64,000 nucleotides of DNA. It comes from Octopus sinensis (lineage: Eukaryota). Positions within the stretch are counted from its first letter, which is position 1, and every line of letters starts with the position of its first letter. The DNA is taken from NCBI RefSeq assembly GCF_006345805.1, contig NC_042998.1:138384001-138448000 (forward strand). The letters are read 5' to 3'. Made by a program: the position numbers and the translations under genes. The notes under the pieces are model-generated. The model saw nothing but the letters and a program-made list of their open reading frames with translations, was not told the origin of the DNA and made no database searches. Of this stretch, positions 26,973 to 42,010 are shown piece by piece.

Positions 26973-28769
26973 TGGGTGTGTGTATATATATATATATACG
27001 TGTGTGGGTGTGTGTGTGTGTGTGTGTATGTATGTATTATGTATGTATGTATGTATATAAAAGGAGTAATTTCTGACTAGCCACGTACTAAGAGGATTAT
27101 GGTAATTCTTCATTACTCCACATCTTAAATAAATGTAATTGTCATTAGTTATTTGCAGTAAAGTTATGAAAGCAAAATTATTGAAGTCAGTACGATCTTC
27201 CATTGTATGATGCATACATCATTATGTGATATTTTGTTATATTGATATACATTAGCAAAACAAACAACAAAATGAAAGCTATATTTTATTTTACTGGTGT
27301 AGCGAATATCGTAAAGCAAGTGTTATGCTTTCTTCTTCAGTTGTCGTCTGCCACTATTTAATTTCATTTATACAGTTATTACCCTCCTAAAATGCTTGAA
27401 TGTCACAACACCCCACATTCCCTCCGCCTGAAAAAGGGCACAAGTTTTATGCAATGTTTAAAAAAAGCTAAAAAATACCTTAGGTTCTTTGACGTGGGAA
27501 ATCATTTTTCCTTTGTTGCTTTCCTTAAATTCAGCATTTGTTTTATTACCTTACACTGAGTTCAAATTGGCCAAAGTCAACTTTCTGGCCTTGTGTCTAA
27601 ATCATAATCTAATAATCTTATGGTTGTTATTGTATAGTTGGTCTACAGCGGTGAAACAGTTGAGCGACGAACGAAATACCTAGCGATACTGAATTTTCTT
27701 TTACATTCTGAGTTCAAATTTTGTCGGGATCGATAAATAGATACCGGTCAAGTACTAGGTATAATTAAAGTGACTGTAACAAATGTTATGGCTTTGTCTA
27801 AATGTCAGAAAATTTTATTATATTGCTGGTTCATTTTTTATATAGCTAGAGTAGTTTCTTTGTTAACAACATCTAAACTAGTTCGTTCTTTTGTTCCTTT
27901 TCAAATTCCAAACTGAATATAATATCTAATATCGTTCATCTGAAAAATCTCAGTTGTTAATGCGTTCTGATACTGTGCCATAGCGTCGGCGTTGTGTCCT
28001 TCATCAAAACTCTTGACTCTAAAGGACCCGGTAAGCTTAGCTTTAAATTAGTATCATAATGTAGAGTAGTTTATCGCCGCAAGCATCAGCTGGATGGTAA
28101 AATTGGCGAATGCTTTATTAATCTGCTATCTACTTCCATGTATCAAATATATGAGTTATACATATATCAGATAATATCAAAATAAGCAATATGTAACGAC
28201 GTTTATAAATTTCTATGATTACAAGAAATTAAAAAAAAGGGAAAAATAAGATGAAAAGAGAAAACAACAGAGATGAATTACGAATAGCGACTGTGTATGC
28301 GAGTGTATTAGAGATGGATTGTATCAGGAAAAAATAAAGAGGTTTTTTATGGGATAGAATTGCCATAATAAGAAAACAAAATGTAGTGATGATAGATGAT
28401 GAGCAGATAGCTTATGTCGAACAAGAAAAATAATAAGAGCCTATATGTGTTCGTTCCCTGTAGACACGATAAAAAAACATGTCTGGCTGGTATCTTCTTA
28501 TCTTGATAAGCATAAATTTGCACATGAAACGTCTTCGGCCAGTGTCATTAGCGACATGTTTCACAGAATTTTTGGAGCGCCAACAAAGTTGTCAAATCAA
28601 CTCGCATAAGTTTCCCCAACAGAGGGAAGCGCTGTCTTGTTGTATTAGCCATCTGCTACGTAAAAACCTGGACGGCAGCCATGACAGTTGAGTTCGGTCA
28701 GCGTTATTGGCAACACGTGTTTAACGAATCGGCTGGATTACAACATAAAGTGGGAAATACACACGCACG

Positions 28770-28881
<112 letters not shown>

Positions 28882-29413
28882 TCACACAGATACAAAGATA
28901 CACACACATTCATACATACGTACATGTATATATATATATATATATATATAGATATATAAATACCTTAGGTATATATATATATGTACGTGTAAGTGTGCAA
29001 GTGTGTGTGTGTGGTGAGGTAGTATGCGTCTGTATACATGCATGTGTGTGTTTGTGACTGTGTGAGTGCTTTTGCGTTTGTGAGAATGCACATAAATTAT
29101 AGAGACTATGAGTATATTGAGAGAAAAAAAGCAGTATGTATGATATGTAATGTGAGAAAGGCAAGCTTAGAAAACGTTAAAAAAAACACATGCAGAAAAG
29201 AAAGAAATAGAGCAACAAAGGGAAAGAGAGAGCGTGACAAGAGTAAGAGAGATGTGGAATTTAAAATGATAAAATAAGGATATGGATGAGAAAAGATTGA
29301 GGGGAGAACTAAAGAAAAAATGAAAGCAAGAAAGAAAAAAGACAAAAAAGAAAGGATAAAAAAGGAAGAGAAAGAGAAGAAAAAACGAAAAGAAAGAAAG
29401 AAATAAAGAACGA

Positions 29414-29449
<36 letters not shown>

Positions 29450-30408
29450 AGGCTTCCATGTGACCATTCATTCTGCTCGAGAAACAAATTTCCCTCAATT
29501 CATACCGGTCTTTAAGAATGAACACAAAGGGGAATGTGGTTATATATCTATTCCACTAGCTGAGAATCCCGTCGTTGCCGGCAACTTTCACAACATTTTG
29601 TCTTTATTTCAATTTTTTTTATTCCATGTCAGACTGTGTCTTTTCCGACGGATAGGGTTCTTGATCAGGACAGGTTTATGCATTTCTTTGGGTAATTTAT
29701 GATGCATCGATAAACTAAATTTTTGTTTTTCCATTTGGTGCATAAATGTAAAAATTTTTCTGAGCTCGCTGCTGATGCTTTGTGAGGATCTTCCGACTCT
29801 GTCGCTCTTATGAAATTCCTTAGATACATGCACTCACAAACACACACAACACACGCGCGCGCACGCATACGCTCACATATACACACACATACACAAACAT
29901 ACACCCACTCAGTGTGAGCAACATGTGTATGCAGAGAAAGAGTGAGAAAGAGTGAGAAAGAGCTTGGTAAAGAGGCATCTAAGATTTTGAAATTTTAAAA
30001 TTATGCGAAAATTTTGAAATTTGGTATACTGATGTACTTTATCACGCTGAAAACGATTTTGTGATTCACTCGTCCCAGAAAAATTTTAGAAAATGCTACA
30101 AAGGTTTAAAATTTGATCAGTTTTACCTAATCAGAAAACATGATTTGGAAGCTATCATTTTCTGCGTGATAGCTGTGTATCCGAAATGAAGTTTTAAACA
30201 AAATGAAAGCAATCACGTATGAACACACTGCTAATGGAAGCCGAAACTGGATGCTGACATTACAAAGATAGCCAATCAAAAAGGAACCGAACTTTTGGAA
30301 ACAACGAAGTACCGAAGATGATGCAAGATAAGACAAATGAACATCACACATGTGCGTGTCCATGCCTGTGTGTTGCGTATGTGTGTGTGAGTCTGTGTGC
30401 GTGTGTGT

Positions 30409-30491
<83 letters not shown>

Positions 30492-31697
30492 CGTGTGTGT
30501 TGTAGAGACGCTCACCCCCACCCAATTTTTGTATAGGAGAAAGAAGTTCTGAAATAACACCGCCTCATTGCGAAGCGGAAGAACTTGCTCATGCTTCTTT
30601 CTGAGTTACTTGGCTTTGTAGGTGAGTCTTAACGTGTTGTTCTACAAACTGTTATATATATAGTTGAAATTCATAGAAAAACAAAGGACGAAGACAGGTG
30701 TATGAACAACAAGCAAGTATATTAGTTTGACGCTCGGGAAAAATGAAAATGTCTTTTACGTTTCGAGATTACGCTCTTCAACAGAAAGGAATTAGAAAAT
30801 AAACAGAGAGAGAATGAAAATAAATTGTAGAGTTCAGCGGTCTTTGGGCAATGATTGAAAGAAAAAAGAGGTTGAAAGAAAGGGAAAGAATAAAGTGCTG
30901 GTGATCCCAACAAGAGAATGTGCGCGTGCGTGTGTGTGTATGTGAGAATGGTGTGTGTGAGTGTGTAGGTGTCTATGTGTGAATAAGGGCGAGTGACTTT
31001 GACGTGTGTGTGTGCGTGTGTAACACGCGCGAGTGTGCGTGTGTTGTGTGTAGCAGTTGGTGTGTGCTTTTTCATGTGGTGTGTGCACATGTGTGTGTGT
31101 CTGTATCTGTGACCAAACTCTGTGCATGTGTATGGTGTATGTATGTGGGCGAAAGTTATCTTTCTCTATGTATGTTGCGTATGTATGTATATATAGTCTG
31201 TGTTCAGGTATTATGGGCTTGTGTAGGTGTGGAAGTATTTATTGTCTGTGTTCAGGTGTTATGTGCTTGTGTGGGTGTGGTAGTGTGCATGATGGTGTGT
31301 GGTGTGTGTACTGAGTTAAACAGTGTGTGGCTGCTCATATACCGGTATATATGGTGACGCTATTGAAGATTGTGTGTGGTTGTGTGGATGATAATGTGAG
31401 GTATGGGTGCTACTAAATGGTCAGTGCTATTGTGTGTGGAGTGGTGTGGGACTGGTATCAAATGAAGATAAGAGGTGAGGTTAGTTTTAAATGAAGAGAG
31501 GAGGTGAGTTGTGCCCATATGGCGCAATAGTGCGAAGAGAGAAGATTAATTCCTGTTCACGGCGAAGGCGGGAGTCCGGATGGCCCCTGTACAAAGACAG
31601 TCTGAACACAGATGTTGTAACGAATGACTGGTACAGCGGAAATGGCACGAGACCGGCGTGTCATTGCCGAGTCTGATGTCTCGGAGGTACATATATA

Positions 31698-32654
31698 TCT
31701 TCTCTCTATATAATCGGCAGTTTGTCTGTCTGTGTGTCTGTGTATCTGTCAGGTTGTACTCTCACCCTGACCATGGCTTTCAACCGATTCTGATGAAATT
31801 TGACACACATAGCCCAATGTCATAATTCAAAACTAACGCAGCGAAAATTTGAAAACTTCCCCCAGTTCTAAAAAAATCGATAAATTTGACATGGGGTCGA
31901 GAATCAGAAACACAAACCACAGACTGTCTAGGGGACGCAACTCGACCTTTTTAACTCTTAACTCCATCAATATCCAGCTACTTGAAATTATTCCTGGTGA
32001 TGTCCACGTCTATAAATCTATTGATAGGACAGCAGACCCCGCCGAGCTTGCCGATTATCCTGTTGAATTCCTGAATTCACTTGAACCGCCAGGCCTGCCG
32101 CCACACATCCTGACGTTAAAAGTCGGTGCGCCCATTATGCTCATCAGGAATTTGGTTCCACCTAAACAGTGCAACGGCACACGTCTGGTTGTGAAACATT
32201 TGCCACCACATTTAATAACGGCCACAATACTTACCGGTTGTGGGAAGGGAGAGGACGTCTTCATTCCACGCATGCACCTTCAACTGTCGGGCGCTGACCT
32301 ACCAATCCACTTCAGGCGTTCTCAGTTTCCTGTTAAACTCTGCTTCGAAATGTCCATCAATAAATCCCAAGGCCAAACGCTACAAGTCGCTGGGTTACAG
32401 TTGGGCGAACAGTGCTTCGCCCACGGTCAACTCTACGTGGGCTGTTCACGCGTTGGGAGGCACAATGATGTTTTCATGTTTTCGCCCAAAGGGACAGCTA
32501 GGAACATCGTATACACAGAAGTATTCGAGTGAAGAGAAGACATTGCAACCTACACATGCGCCTTCGTTCCCTAGAGGGAAAGGATTAGATTGGGATTAGT
32601 CATTGCCTACTAGGAGCTCTTACATACCCGGGCAACGCCGGGCTATGCTGCTAG
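31698..32654 (+). mobile_element. Internally deleted Helitron carrying the PIF1 helicase C-terminus
   Basis: A|TC 5' end, 3' hairpin CCCGGGCAACGCCGGG, CTAG|T terminus at 32651-32655. Confidence 0.92.
31849..32532 (+). pseudogene. Helitron RepHel PIF1-family helicase C-terminal fragment
   Basis: Motifs LKVGAPIMLIRNL, CNGTRL, QFPVKLCFEMSINKSQGQTL and GQLYVGCSRV. The first ~35 codons derive from non-coding terminal sequence. Confidence 0.93.
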
Positions 32655-33399
32655 TATATACATACACATACACACAAATACATACATATATACATATATA
32701 TATATATGTATATATATATATACATACACACACATACATAGATACATACATATATGTATATGTATATGTGTGTGTATATATATATCAGAATCGGCTAGCA
32801 ATTTACGCAGCAGTGAGTTACCGCGTAGTATAATGCAATATGTGAAATCCGAACAATACATTTTTCCATGGAGAAAAATAAAGTATAAGGTCGGGAGGTG
32901 TAGGAGGTGAATATAGATTTACATTTTCCCATACGACTTCCATATGATTACAACCGTTTCGTAACGGACGTCATGTAGTATTATGACTTACAGAATGCAA
33001 AATTATATCTATATACTTACATCAATATATATGCTCAGCATTATACAATATAATTGTATATTCGAAAATTGATGCAAATAAAGAAAGATAACTCATCAGA
33101 TCGTTTGAAACATCATGGGTACATCTAGGGTTCAGCCGAAAAGTGACGTGAATACACAACTGTATTGTATAACGTTGAGCATAAATATTGATGTGAACAT
33201 GCACATATAATTTTTCATACAGTGATTAATAACAGAACGAGTATATGATTAATGTACGAAGCTGGTGTAACCTTATGGAAGTTACACCGAAAAAACAAAT
33301 CTGCATTCACCTCTCACGCCTACTTGCTTTATATTAGATATATACGCGCATGTGTGTGTGTGTATGCGTGTTGTATGTATGTGTATATATCATCATCAG

Positions 33400-33474
<75 letters not shown>

Positions 33475-33854
33475 GGCGGCGAGACGGCAGAATCTTTAGC
33501 GCGCCGGACGAAATGCTTAGCGATATTTCGCCCCTCTCTACGTTCTGAGTTCAAATTCCGCCGAGGTGGCTTTACCTTTCATCCTTTCGGGGTCGATAAA
33601 ATAAGTACCAGTTGAACACTGGGATCGATGTAATCGACTCATCCCCCACTCTAAAATTGCTGCTCTTGTGGAAAAATTTGAAACTATTATTATTATTTTT
33701 ATTAAGAAACAATAAGAGTGCGACTGTTATCGAATGAACAATATTTCGACATCTCGTGTGTCTTCCACAAGTTCAAAATAAACATCTCGATCTACTTCAT
33801 ATTATCATCATTATTATTATTATTATTATTATTATCATTATTATTATTATCATT

Positions 33855-33920
<66 letters not shown>

Positions 33921-34634
33921 GGTGGTGGTGGTGGTAGTGATGTTGTTGTTGTTGTTGTTCTTATTATTATTATTATTATTAAACTATTATGATAGGTTGT
34001 TACAGGAACTTGGCTAGGTTCCTATAACGAACCTACGAAACTTTAAGTTGTATGGAGCAGGATGAAAGTGTCATATGTATCTCCTACTAACCGTGTCTAG
34101 TGCCTTTTATTGCGTTTGTCCACTCACTTATGTGTATGTGTGTGTGTTAGTGTGCGCGCACACACATACACACACACACACATATATATATATATATGCA
34201 TATACACACAGATGCACACAAAGTACATTAACATAATTTGTATATACATACATGTGTCTATGTTTGTATGCACGTTTGTACGTACGTATGTATGTATGTA
34301 TGTATGTATGTATGTATGATGTATGTATGTATGTATGTATGTATGTACGTACATATGATCGTATGTACGTTTGTTTGGGGGTGTGAATAAAAGTATATAT
34401 AACTCTGTGCAGGAGCAAGTGCCCGTGTATCTGTATATCTGCACGCGCATGTATAGTACATATAACTCTCTACGTGTGTATGCATGAGACCACCCTACCA
34501 TAACACTTTCCAGCAAGCATCCATCATAATTTTTGGTGGGTTTTCATCTGTCTGTCATATTTTCATATCTTTACATTTTCTTAATTTTTTGTTGTAGCTG
34601 CTTTCGATTATTATTACTACTACTACTACTACTA

Positions 34635-34675
<41 letters not shown>

Positions 34676-35314
34676 TTATTATTATTGTTGTTGTTGTTGT
34701 TGTTGTTGTTATTATTATTATTAATATTGCAGTTATTGTTGTGTGTGTTATTGCTATTTATTGACTTTTGTTTCTATTAATTTTATTTATTTATTCTGTT
34801 CTTCTTTTCATTGCTTATAGTTTATATTATCATGTTTTCATCTTTATCTTTATCAGCTTCTTATACTTGTTATCTCAACTGACGCCTCGTTCGTTGCTTA
34901 TTGTATTTTGTTAGCATTGTTGGTTTGTGACAGTTGTTATTGTTGTTGTTGCTGTTGTTGTTGTTATAGCTATTCTTACTGTTATTTTTGTAGTTGCTAT
35001 TGTTGTTGTATTTTATGGATGTTAAAGTTATATTGTTGTTGCTTTATGACAATTGTTAACTTTTGTTTTGCTGTTGTTTCAACTGATTCGTGGTTAGTTA
35101 TTTTGGAGTGTTTGCTGTCTTCTTCATCTCTTGTTGATGTCGATGTTACCATTAATTTTCATGTTCATTATTTTTTCGTCTTTGTTGTTGCAATAGTTGC
35201 TCTCGATGTTATTGCTGTTTTTTACAATTTGTTGTTGCTTGTGACTGTTGATTTTCTTTAATCAGCTTATCATTGTAATGATGTAGGTGGTTTTTGTACG
35301 TGTGTAACTTTCTT

Positions 35315-35395
<81 letters not shown>

Positions 35396-36541
35396 CTTGC
35401 ATTATATTTTATTGTCTTTATCGTTATACGTGTGATAATTCTTTAGTTAGTTCTTCTCATGTTGTTATAATGATTACTATAATTGCGTCAAGGGAATCGT
35501 TAGATTATCGGAATAAATTCCTTGCAGTATTTCTGAGTTCAAAACTCAACGGGCTCAACCTTGCCTTCCATCCTTTTGGAGTCGATAAAACAAAAGTACC
35601 AGTCAAATGCTAGGATCTATGATATTAACTAGCCTTTACCCTTAAAATTGCTCAAATCAGCAACAGTTATTACTATCATTGTAACAAAGGTAGCAAGCTG
35701 GCAGAATCGTTTGAGTGTTGATGAGACGCTTTACCGTATTTGTTCCAGCTCTTTACTTTCTGAGTTCAAATCCCGCCCCGGTCAACTTTATTTTTCATCT
35801 TTCAGGGTAGATAAAATAAAGTACCAGTCAAGCACTGGAGTCAATGGCATTGACTTATTATTTGCCCTCATAATTCTTGGCCTTGTACCGAATCCAGAAA
35901 CCATTATGGTTATTGTTGCTTTTATTATCAATGTCATGTTGTTAGGAGTAATACAACAGGATGTGCCAAAAAAGCTTCCTTTCTTTTACAGGTTGATAAC
36001 TTTTTTAACATCAAATGCCCGAGGTGCACCTCATCAAACCATGAGGCTAACTAGAAGAATGTAAACACCTATAAAACATTACCTACATGAAGACGCCGTT
36101 ACTGCCTGTCTGACTTCACTAGCTTAAATGCATCGAAACAACAAGAGTGTGAGGTTTTTCGGACATCCCTGCTCCAATGTTACACTTCATAAAACGCAAA
36201 AACAGATGGAATTTTGAGACAGAATAGCTTTAATGAATCCGTTTACATTTTGTATTTCATAAATGGCGTAAAGTTATCAAAATGTTACGTTAGAATTTTT
36301 GCTTATTTTTCACGTTCTTTCATCTTTTTATTTGATTCGCTCTTTGAACGGCGGTCCTATTGACACACCGCCTTGGGGTGTTAAGTCAAACAAATCAACC
36401 TCAGTACTTATTTTAAATCTGGTACTTATTCTATTGGGCTCTAAGTTACGGAGACGTAAACAAAGTAACACCTGCTGCTAAGCAACACCTACTGTCAAAA
36501 TACGAACACAAAGATACCCTCACGCACGCACACGCACACAA

Positions 36542-36595
<54 letters not shown>

Positions 36596-36782
36596 CCGTG
36601 TGAGTAAGAAATTCGGAAGTAAAAACATGTATTTTGATTAGCCCTACTGAAATTAGACTGCCATGGAACACCACATTATTCTGGGTTCGAGCTCATTGCG
36701 TTTGTCTTATAAAAGTGTCTTCTATTATAGCTTCAGGCTGACAAATGCTTTGTGAGTATAATTTGTCAGATGGAAACCAAAT

Positions 36783-37415
36783 AGGCTTCCAAATAGGAAA
36801 GCGTTGTGCTAGAAAGAGCAGTAGAAATCTCAAAAACCACAAAAAAAGAATAAATTCTCGAAAGGAATGAAAATTAAAAACGTTTACCATCTCAACTATT
36901 TCCCAGACCATGGTTTCTAACTATTTCCAGCAAAAAAATATTCGCTGAAGGCCAGTTTTCATCAGTGGGATAGCCTTTAGATTTCAGACACACAGACAGC
37001 CAGATCCACATGTAGAACTAGCGGTTTGTATATCCTAACTTTTCAAACCACTGCGCAGACGCAGATTATACCCGGCGACAGAGAGGATGCCGGTAAAAAT
37101 TTCGAACAAATTTATCAAACAATATTTAAACATAATACATAGGGTATAATCTGCGTCTGCGCAGTGGTTTGAAACCGTTAATTCTACATATGGATATGGC
37201 TGTCTGTGTGTCTGAAATCTAAAGGCTATCCCACTGATGAAAACTGGCCTTCAGCGAATATTTTTTTGCTGGAAATAGTTAGAAACCATGGTCTGGGAAA
37301 TAGTTGAGATGGTAAACGTTTAATTTTCATTCCTTTCGAGAATTTATCCTTTTTGTGGTTTTTGAGATTTCTACACCTCTTTCTAGCACAATGCTTTCCT
37401 ATTTGGAAGCCTCTT
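36783..37415. mobile_element. HHR-bearing element family H: ~280 bp inverted arms around a 68 bp spacer, nested in SINE S1
   Basis: Arms 36783-37073 and 37142-37412 are near-perfect reverse complements; the S1 head is upstream and (TA)n plus the S1 tail are downstream. Confidence 0.88.
37229..37298 (+). ncRNA. Type I hammerhead ribozyme, family H, long stem II
   Basis: UCCCA-CUGAUGA-A AACU..UCAGC..GCUGG..AGUU A-GAAA-CCAUGG-UC-UGGGA. A mirror copy lies at 36901-36970(-). Confidence 0.85.
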
Positions 37416-37494
<79 letters not shown>

Positions 37495-38530
37495 GTATCT
37501 GTGTCCGTGTTTGTGCTTGCGTTTATGATTCCATTGCACCGGTGTTCAGCAAAATTTGTATCCCTTTATGTTTTGTAAACTAGTGGTTCAACAAAAAGAA
37601 ATCAATACAATAAATACCTTAATGAAATATTTACTGTGGTTGATATGACCCATTAAACTCTTCTTTAAAGACCTGCCCCAGCATGGCCGCAATCCAATGT
37701 CTGAAGAGTAAAAACAAAAATAATTAATTAATATATATCGTGCTTCTACACAATTTCTATCTACCAAATTCCAGTTTCACCCGTCGGCATAACACCATGA
37801 ACACTCCACTCTCACACACATACACACATATACACACATGCATAAATATATATATACATACGCAAACATACACGCGCACATACACACTCGCACACACACA
37901 CACCGTGATACTGGACTTTCATATACATCTTTTACAGTACAATGTCGTAAAAATTTATCCTAATATAATAATGTATATTGTGACAGAAATATATTAAAAT
38001 ATCAAATAGCTAATATCTTAATATCTTCCAGCCATATTTCACTAGAGTTTATTAACTATTGATTTTGCTTGACTAGACAGAATATCTTTCGCAAGACAAA
38101 GAGAGAGGGGGTGCGCATGTGTGCGTGTGTTTGTGCCTGCGCGCGCGGGTGTGTGTGCGTGTGTGCTTACTGAATGGAATACAGTGGTGTATTACTGATA
38201 CTTATTTTATCTACTATTGGGAAACCAATCAAAAGATAATAAAATATGACGCCTGCAGTCTAATTATCTAAACCAGATCCACCAATTTACTGAACACTCG
38301 TGTAACTTATAATTAAGTACAAGGCCAAAATTAGTGGGAGGGCTGTGTAGCTGATTAAATCAATCCTCTTTTGTGTGAAGAGCACATACATTCCATGCGA
38401 CTGGAGGTATATAAATGAAATATCGGCTAAGATTAAAATGAAAAAACCGAGAAAAGAAATGGACTAATATACTATAAAATAATTATTACTACGGTCTCTA
38501 CTGTCCTGCATCGTAGATAAGAAGAAACCA

Positions 38531-41431
38531 AAGCCATTGTAGTAATGGAATTTCTAATATAAAACAAGAAGAAATATGGGAAGCGCAGTATATATGAGAG
38601 GTAACTACACTGTCAATAACAACGGTGCCAGGAATCTTTGGATATTCCCCAGCTAATTTCAAAACCTCACTGGAGCGAAGATAACGGTTGATGGAACATT
38701 TTTAATAAAGAAATCAGAAAATGCAAAACAGTAGAAATCTCTTATTCTGGTTCTCTGTTCTTTAAAATAAGGTAACAGCCAAGCCCGTGTACCCCAATAA
38801 CGTAATGTAGGGGTTCGTATCTCCCATAGCCTTACGAAGATAATTTCCTGTCACTCTACTTCTGGGCAAAAGATTGGCCTTAGAATGCGTCATTTGCGCC
38901 AATTCTTATCCTCTTGGAAGTTCTGACTGAACCAGAACCTGCGATACTTAAGCGGGACCTCTGTACTATTACAAATGATGACCGACTTGGGGCTATTTCT
39001 TCCTATATAGAATTATTGAAAACCCAACTTGTATTGTATAATCTTTCTTCCATTCAATATTTCATGTTACACCAATTTTAAGCTTTTACTCTGACCACTA
39101 AAAAGTAATATAGTTATCAAAGCCTTGAAGATGGGTACCATGTACAGATGGGCAAGTACCATGTACAGATGGACAATCATTTCAAATGCTATCCGTTGAT
39201 ATAAATTTATCAAAGACCCTTCTAGTCCAATTGCATTTCTTGCCCTTTCTGTGGTGAATTACGTGAGGCAAAGCTTGCAATAAATAAGCTTTTCAGAAAC
39301 CTCACAAGTCTGCGCGGGTCTGATGACGTTGTGAAGGACTTTTTCTAACCTCTTAGCTAGCATCTTGGTCAAAATCTTTAATTCTATTTAGGCACCTATG
39401 TTTAACATATTTGGGAACCTATGTTATTCACTAGGTACCTCATATCACGTGCTTATCACAATATCACTTTCTCATATCACCTTAGTGAATCTCCCATAGT
39501 GAATCATAGTGAATCTCATACCACCATAGTGAATCTCCATCAGGCTATGCAACTGAGAATGCTTCAAGTATAGTGCCAGTTGCAGCACAAACCAACTAAT
39601 ACAGAAACAAGTAAATCTCATGATTTCTAACGGAGTTCATACGGTAAACCCTCTGGCTCCAAAGTTTTTTTCCTCTTACTACTGTTCAATATTTTCTTTA
39701 CTTCAAGTCCTTGTCATTCATAAGCAAAGTCAACCTCGGCGGAATTTGAACTCAGAACGTAAAGACAGACGAAACACCACTAAGCATTTTGCCCAGCGTG
39801 CTAATGTTTCTGCCAGCTCACTACCTATCTCCGTGTTTAATATTAAAGACATAATTCTTTCAAACTTTAGCACAAGGTGAGTAATTTAGGTGGGTGGGAT
39901 CGATTACATTGACAACAATGCTGAACTGGTATGTATTTTATCGCTCTGAAATGATAAAAGAAAAAGTCGCACTCAGTGGTATTTGAACTCATAATGTGAA
40001 AACCTGGAAAAAATGTCCACTAAGCATTTTGTTTGACGCGCTAACGATTCTGTCAGTTCACAGCCTTTGCCAAAAAAATAATCAGAAATCATTATTCCTG
40101 ACAACGCATCTAATACATCGCCCTCTACATGAGCCTCTTTTACTGTACCAACTCTTTCAAGAATCACTTTCTATTACCAATTACTTATTAATTCTAAAAA
40201 AAAAAACAACCTAATTTTCTTTTTAATTCCTCACAACATATATTATTTGCAATATCACCCGTCAATACCCTCCTAATAATTTGCGGTCCCAGGGAAAAAT
40301 CTGCACGGTAAACTGAGTACTTACATTTGTTATTTAATAAATCACATACAATTATCAAAATGTTACGTTTAGAATTTTGATAAAATTTTCGCATTTTAAC
40401 TCTTTGGACTGCGGCCATAATGGGGTAACGCATCGAAGGATTCAGTCGAACAAATTGACGTCAGTATTTATTGTAAGCCTGATATTTATTTTGTAGATCA
40501 CTGTTTGCAGAACTGCTAAGTTACAGGGACGTAAGCAAACCACCCGTCAATACCCGCCAAACTAAGTTGTAAACTGCGGCCTCAGCGAAAGATTCGTGTT
40601 GTAAACTACATCTTCAGTTTTCAGTGGCTCCCCTCTAAAAACTGCTATTTAGGTTGATCATACTGAAACTAAACACACGGTATTTGTGACATGTTGCCTG
40701 AAAACTGTAACCACAGTACTCCAACCTGATCAATTTCATTCCATTCAACTGCTGTTGATCATAGATGAAAGCCACTGGATACTTTTACCTGCTTATCTAT
40801 ACTGTTGTAGGTCAACCTGTCCTTATTCACACTCATTAATTGCTGGATAAACAGGGTAGTCTCGTGAACAGATGACTGGTCACAAACGTCAGTACCTCGG
40901 TAGATTTTGAACAAAATAGTTTTGAACAGGTAGCACAAAGCATCTCGTCCGACGTTCTGGTAGTTCTGCCACTCCTTGCCCTGGCCAGATGACTATATTC
41001 ATCGACCTCGAACGGAGCATGGGCAAAATTGGTTCAGACTAAATCTCCAAGCGGTTAGGAGCTGGCACGAATGACGCATTCAAAGGCCAATTTTACTCAG
41101 AAATAGACTGATAGGAAACTATCTTTGAAAGACCATGGGATGCGATTCCCTACATAATTTTATTGGGGTACAAGGACTTCACTGTTACTTTATTTTAAAG
41201 AACAGAGAATCAGAATAAGAGATTCCTGTTCTTTTGCATTTTTTAATTTTTATTAAAAGTTTCAACAGATGTTGTCTTGGCTTCAGTGAAGTCTTGAAAT
41301 AAGCTGGGGAATATCCATAGATCTCTGAGGAATATCCAAAGATTCCTGGCACCATTATTATTCATATATACTGCGATTCCCATATTTTTTCCCATATTTT
41401 ATATTGTAATTTCTATTACTACTATGGTTTT
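38531..41431. repeat. Diverged ~400 bp inverted repeat pair (38531-38935 / 41030-41431)
   Basis: ggtgccaggaatctttggatattcc, ttctctgttctttaaaataa, tgtaccccaataa and gaatgcgtcatt all have reverse-complement counterparts in mirrored order. Confidence 0.75.
39140..39410 (-). pseudogene. L1/Tx1-like reverse transcriptase relic
   Basis: My translation reads ELKILTKMLAKRLEKVLHNVIRPAQTC...GSLINLYQRIAFEMIVHLY, with stops; it resembles the KILAK..RL..QT..LD..KAFD.V.H pattern. Confidence 0.65.
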
Positions 41432-41799
41432 ATCAACACCGAAGGGAATGGCGGCAATGTCGGTTCAAGCGGAATTTGAACTTAGAAACTAGGAAGGTTA
41501 GAGACTGAATACCGTATCACTGCCAGGGTATTTCAGAAAAATAATTTGTAAGGGCGCAAAATAATATGAATACTAATGAAAGAAAGGGAAGATGAAAGGC
41601 GTAGGGAGTGGGTGAGTCGCATAAGGACCACAACGACGAGAACGACAATGACAATAATAACCATAACAAGAACACTCAGAGAGCACAAATCTCCGCCAAG
41701 GCAACATCAACGTCCTCTCAACAATAAGCCGATGATTTTTAAAATGAGAATATCTGAAAAACACTCGACTGCTCTCACAAACGAAAATTCTAAAAATTA

Positions 41800-42010
41800 A
41801 GTAAAAAGAAAAACGGAAAAATAATCCAGAATCCTTGTTCAGTACCCGATAGATCCCAAAATATAATCAGTTCGTGCCAGTTACGAGGCCAAACATCACT
41901 GAAAGTTTCATCCGAATCCCTCCAGCGGTTCAGTGGATATCTTGTCCATGGATAAACAAACAAATACGACTGAAAACAATACCTCCGCCTTCAAGGCGGA
42001 GATAATAATG
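41800..42010 (-). mobile_element. Helentron/DINE-like short interspersed element
   Basis: Minus strand tatCTCCGCCttgaaGGCGGAGgtattgttttc, a gtttgtttgt tract and ggattcggatgaaacttt. Confidence 0.5.
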
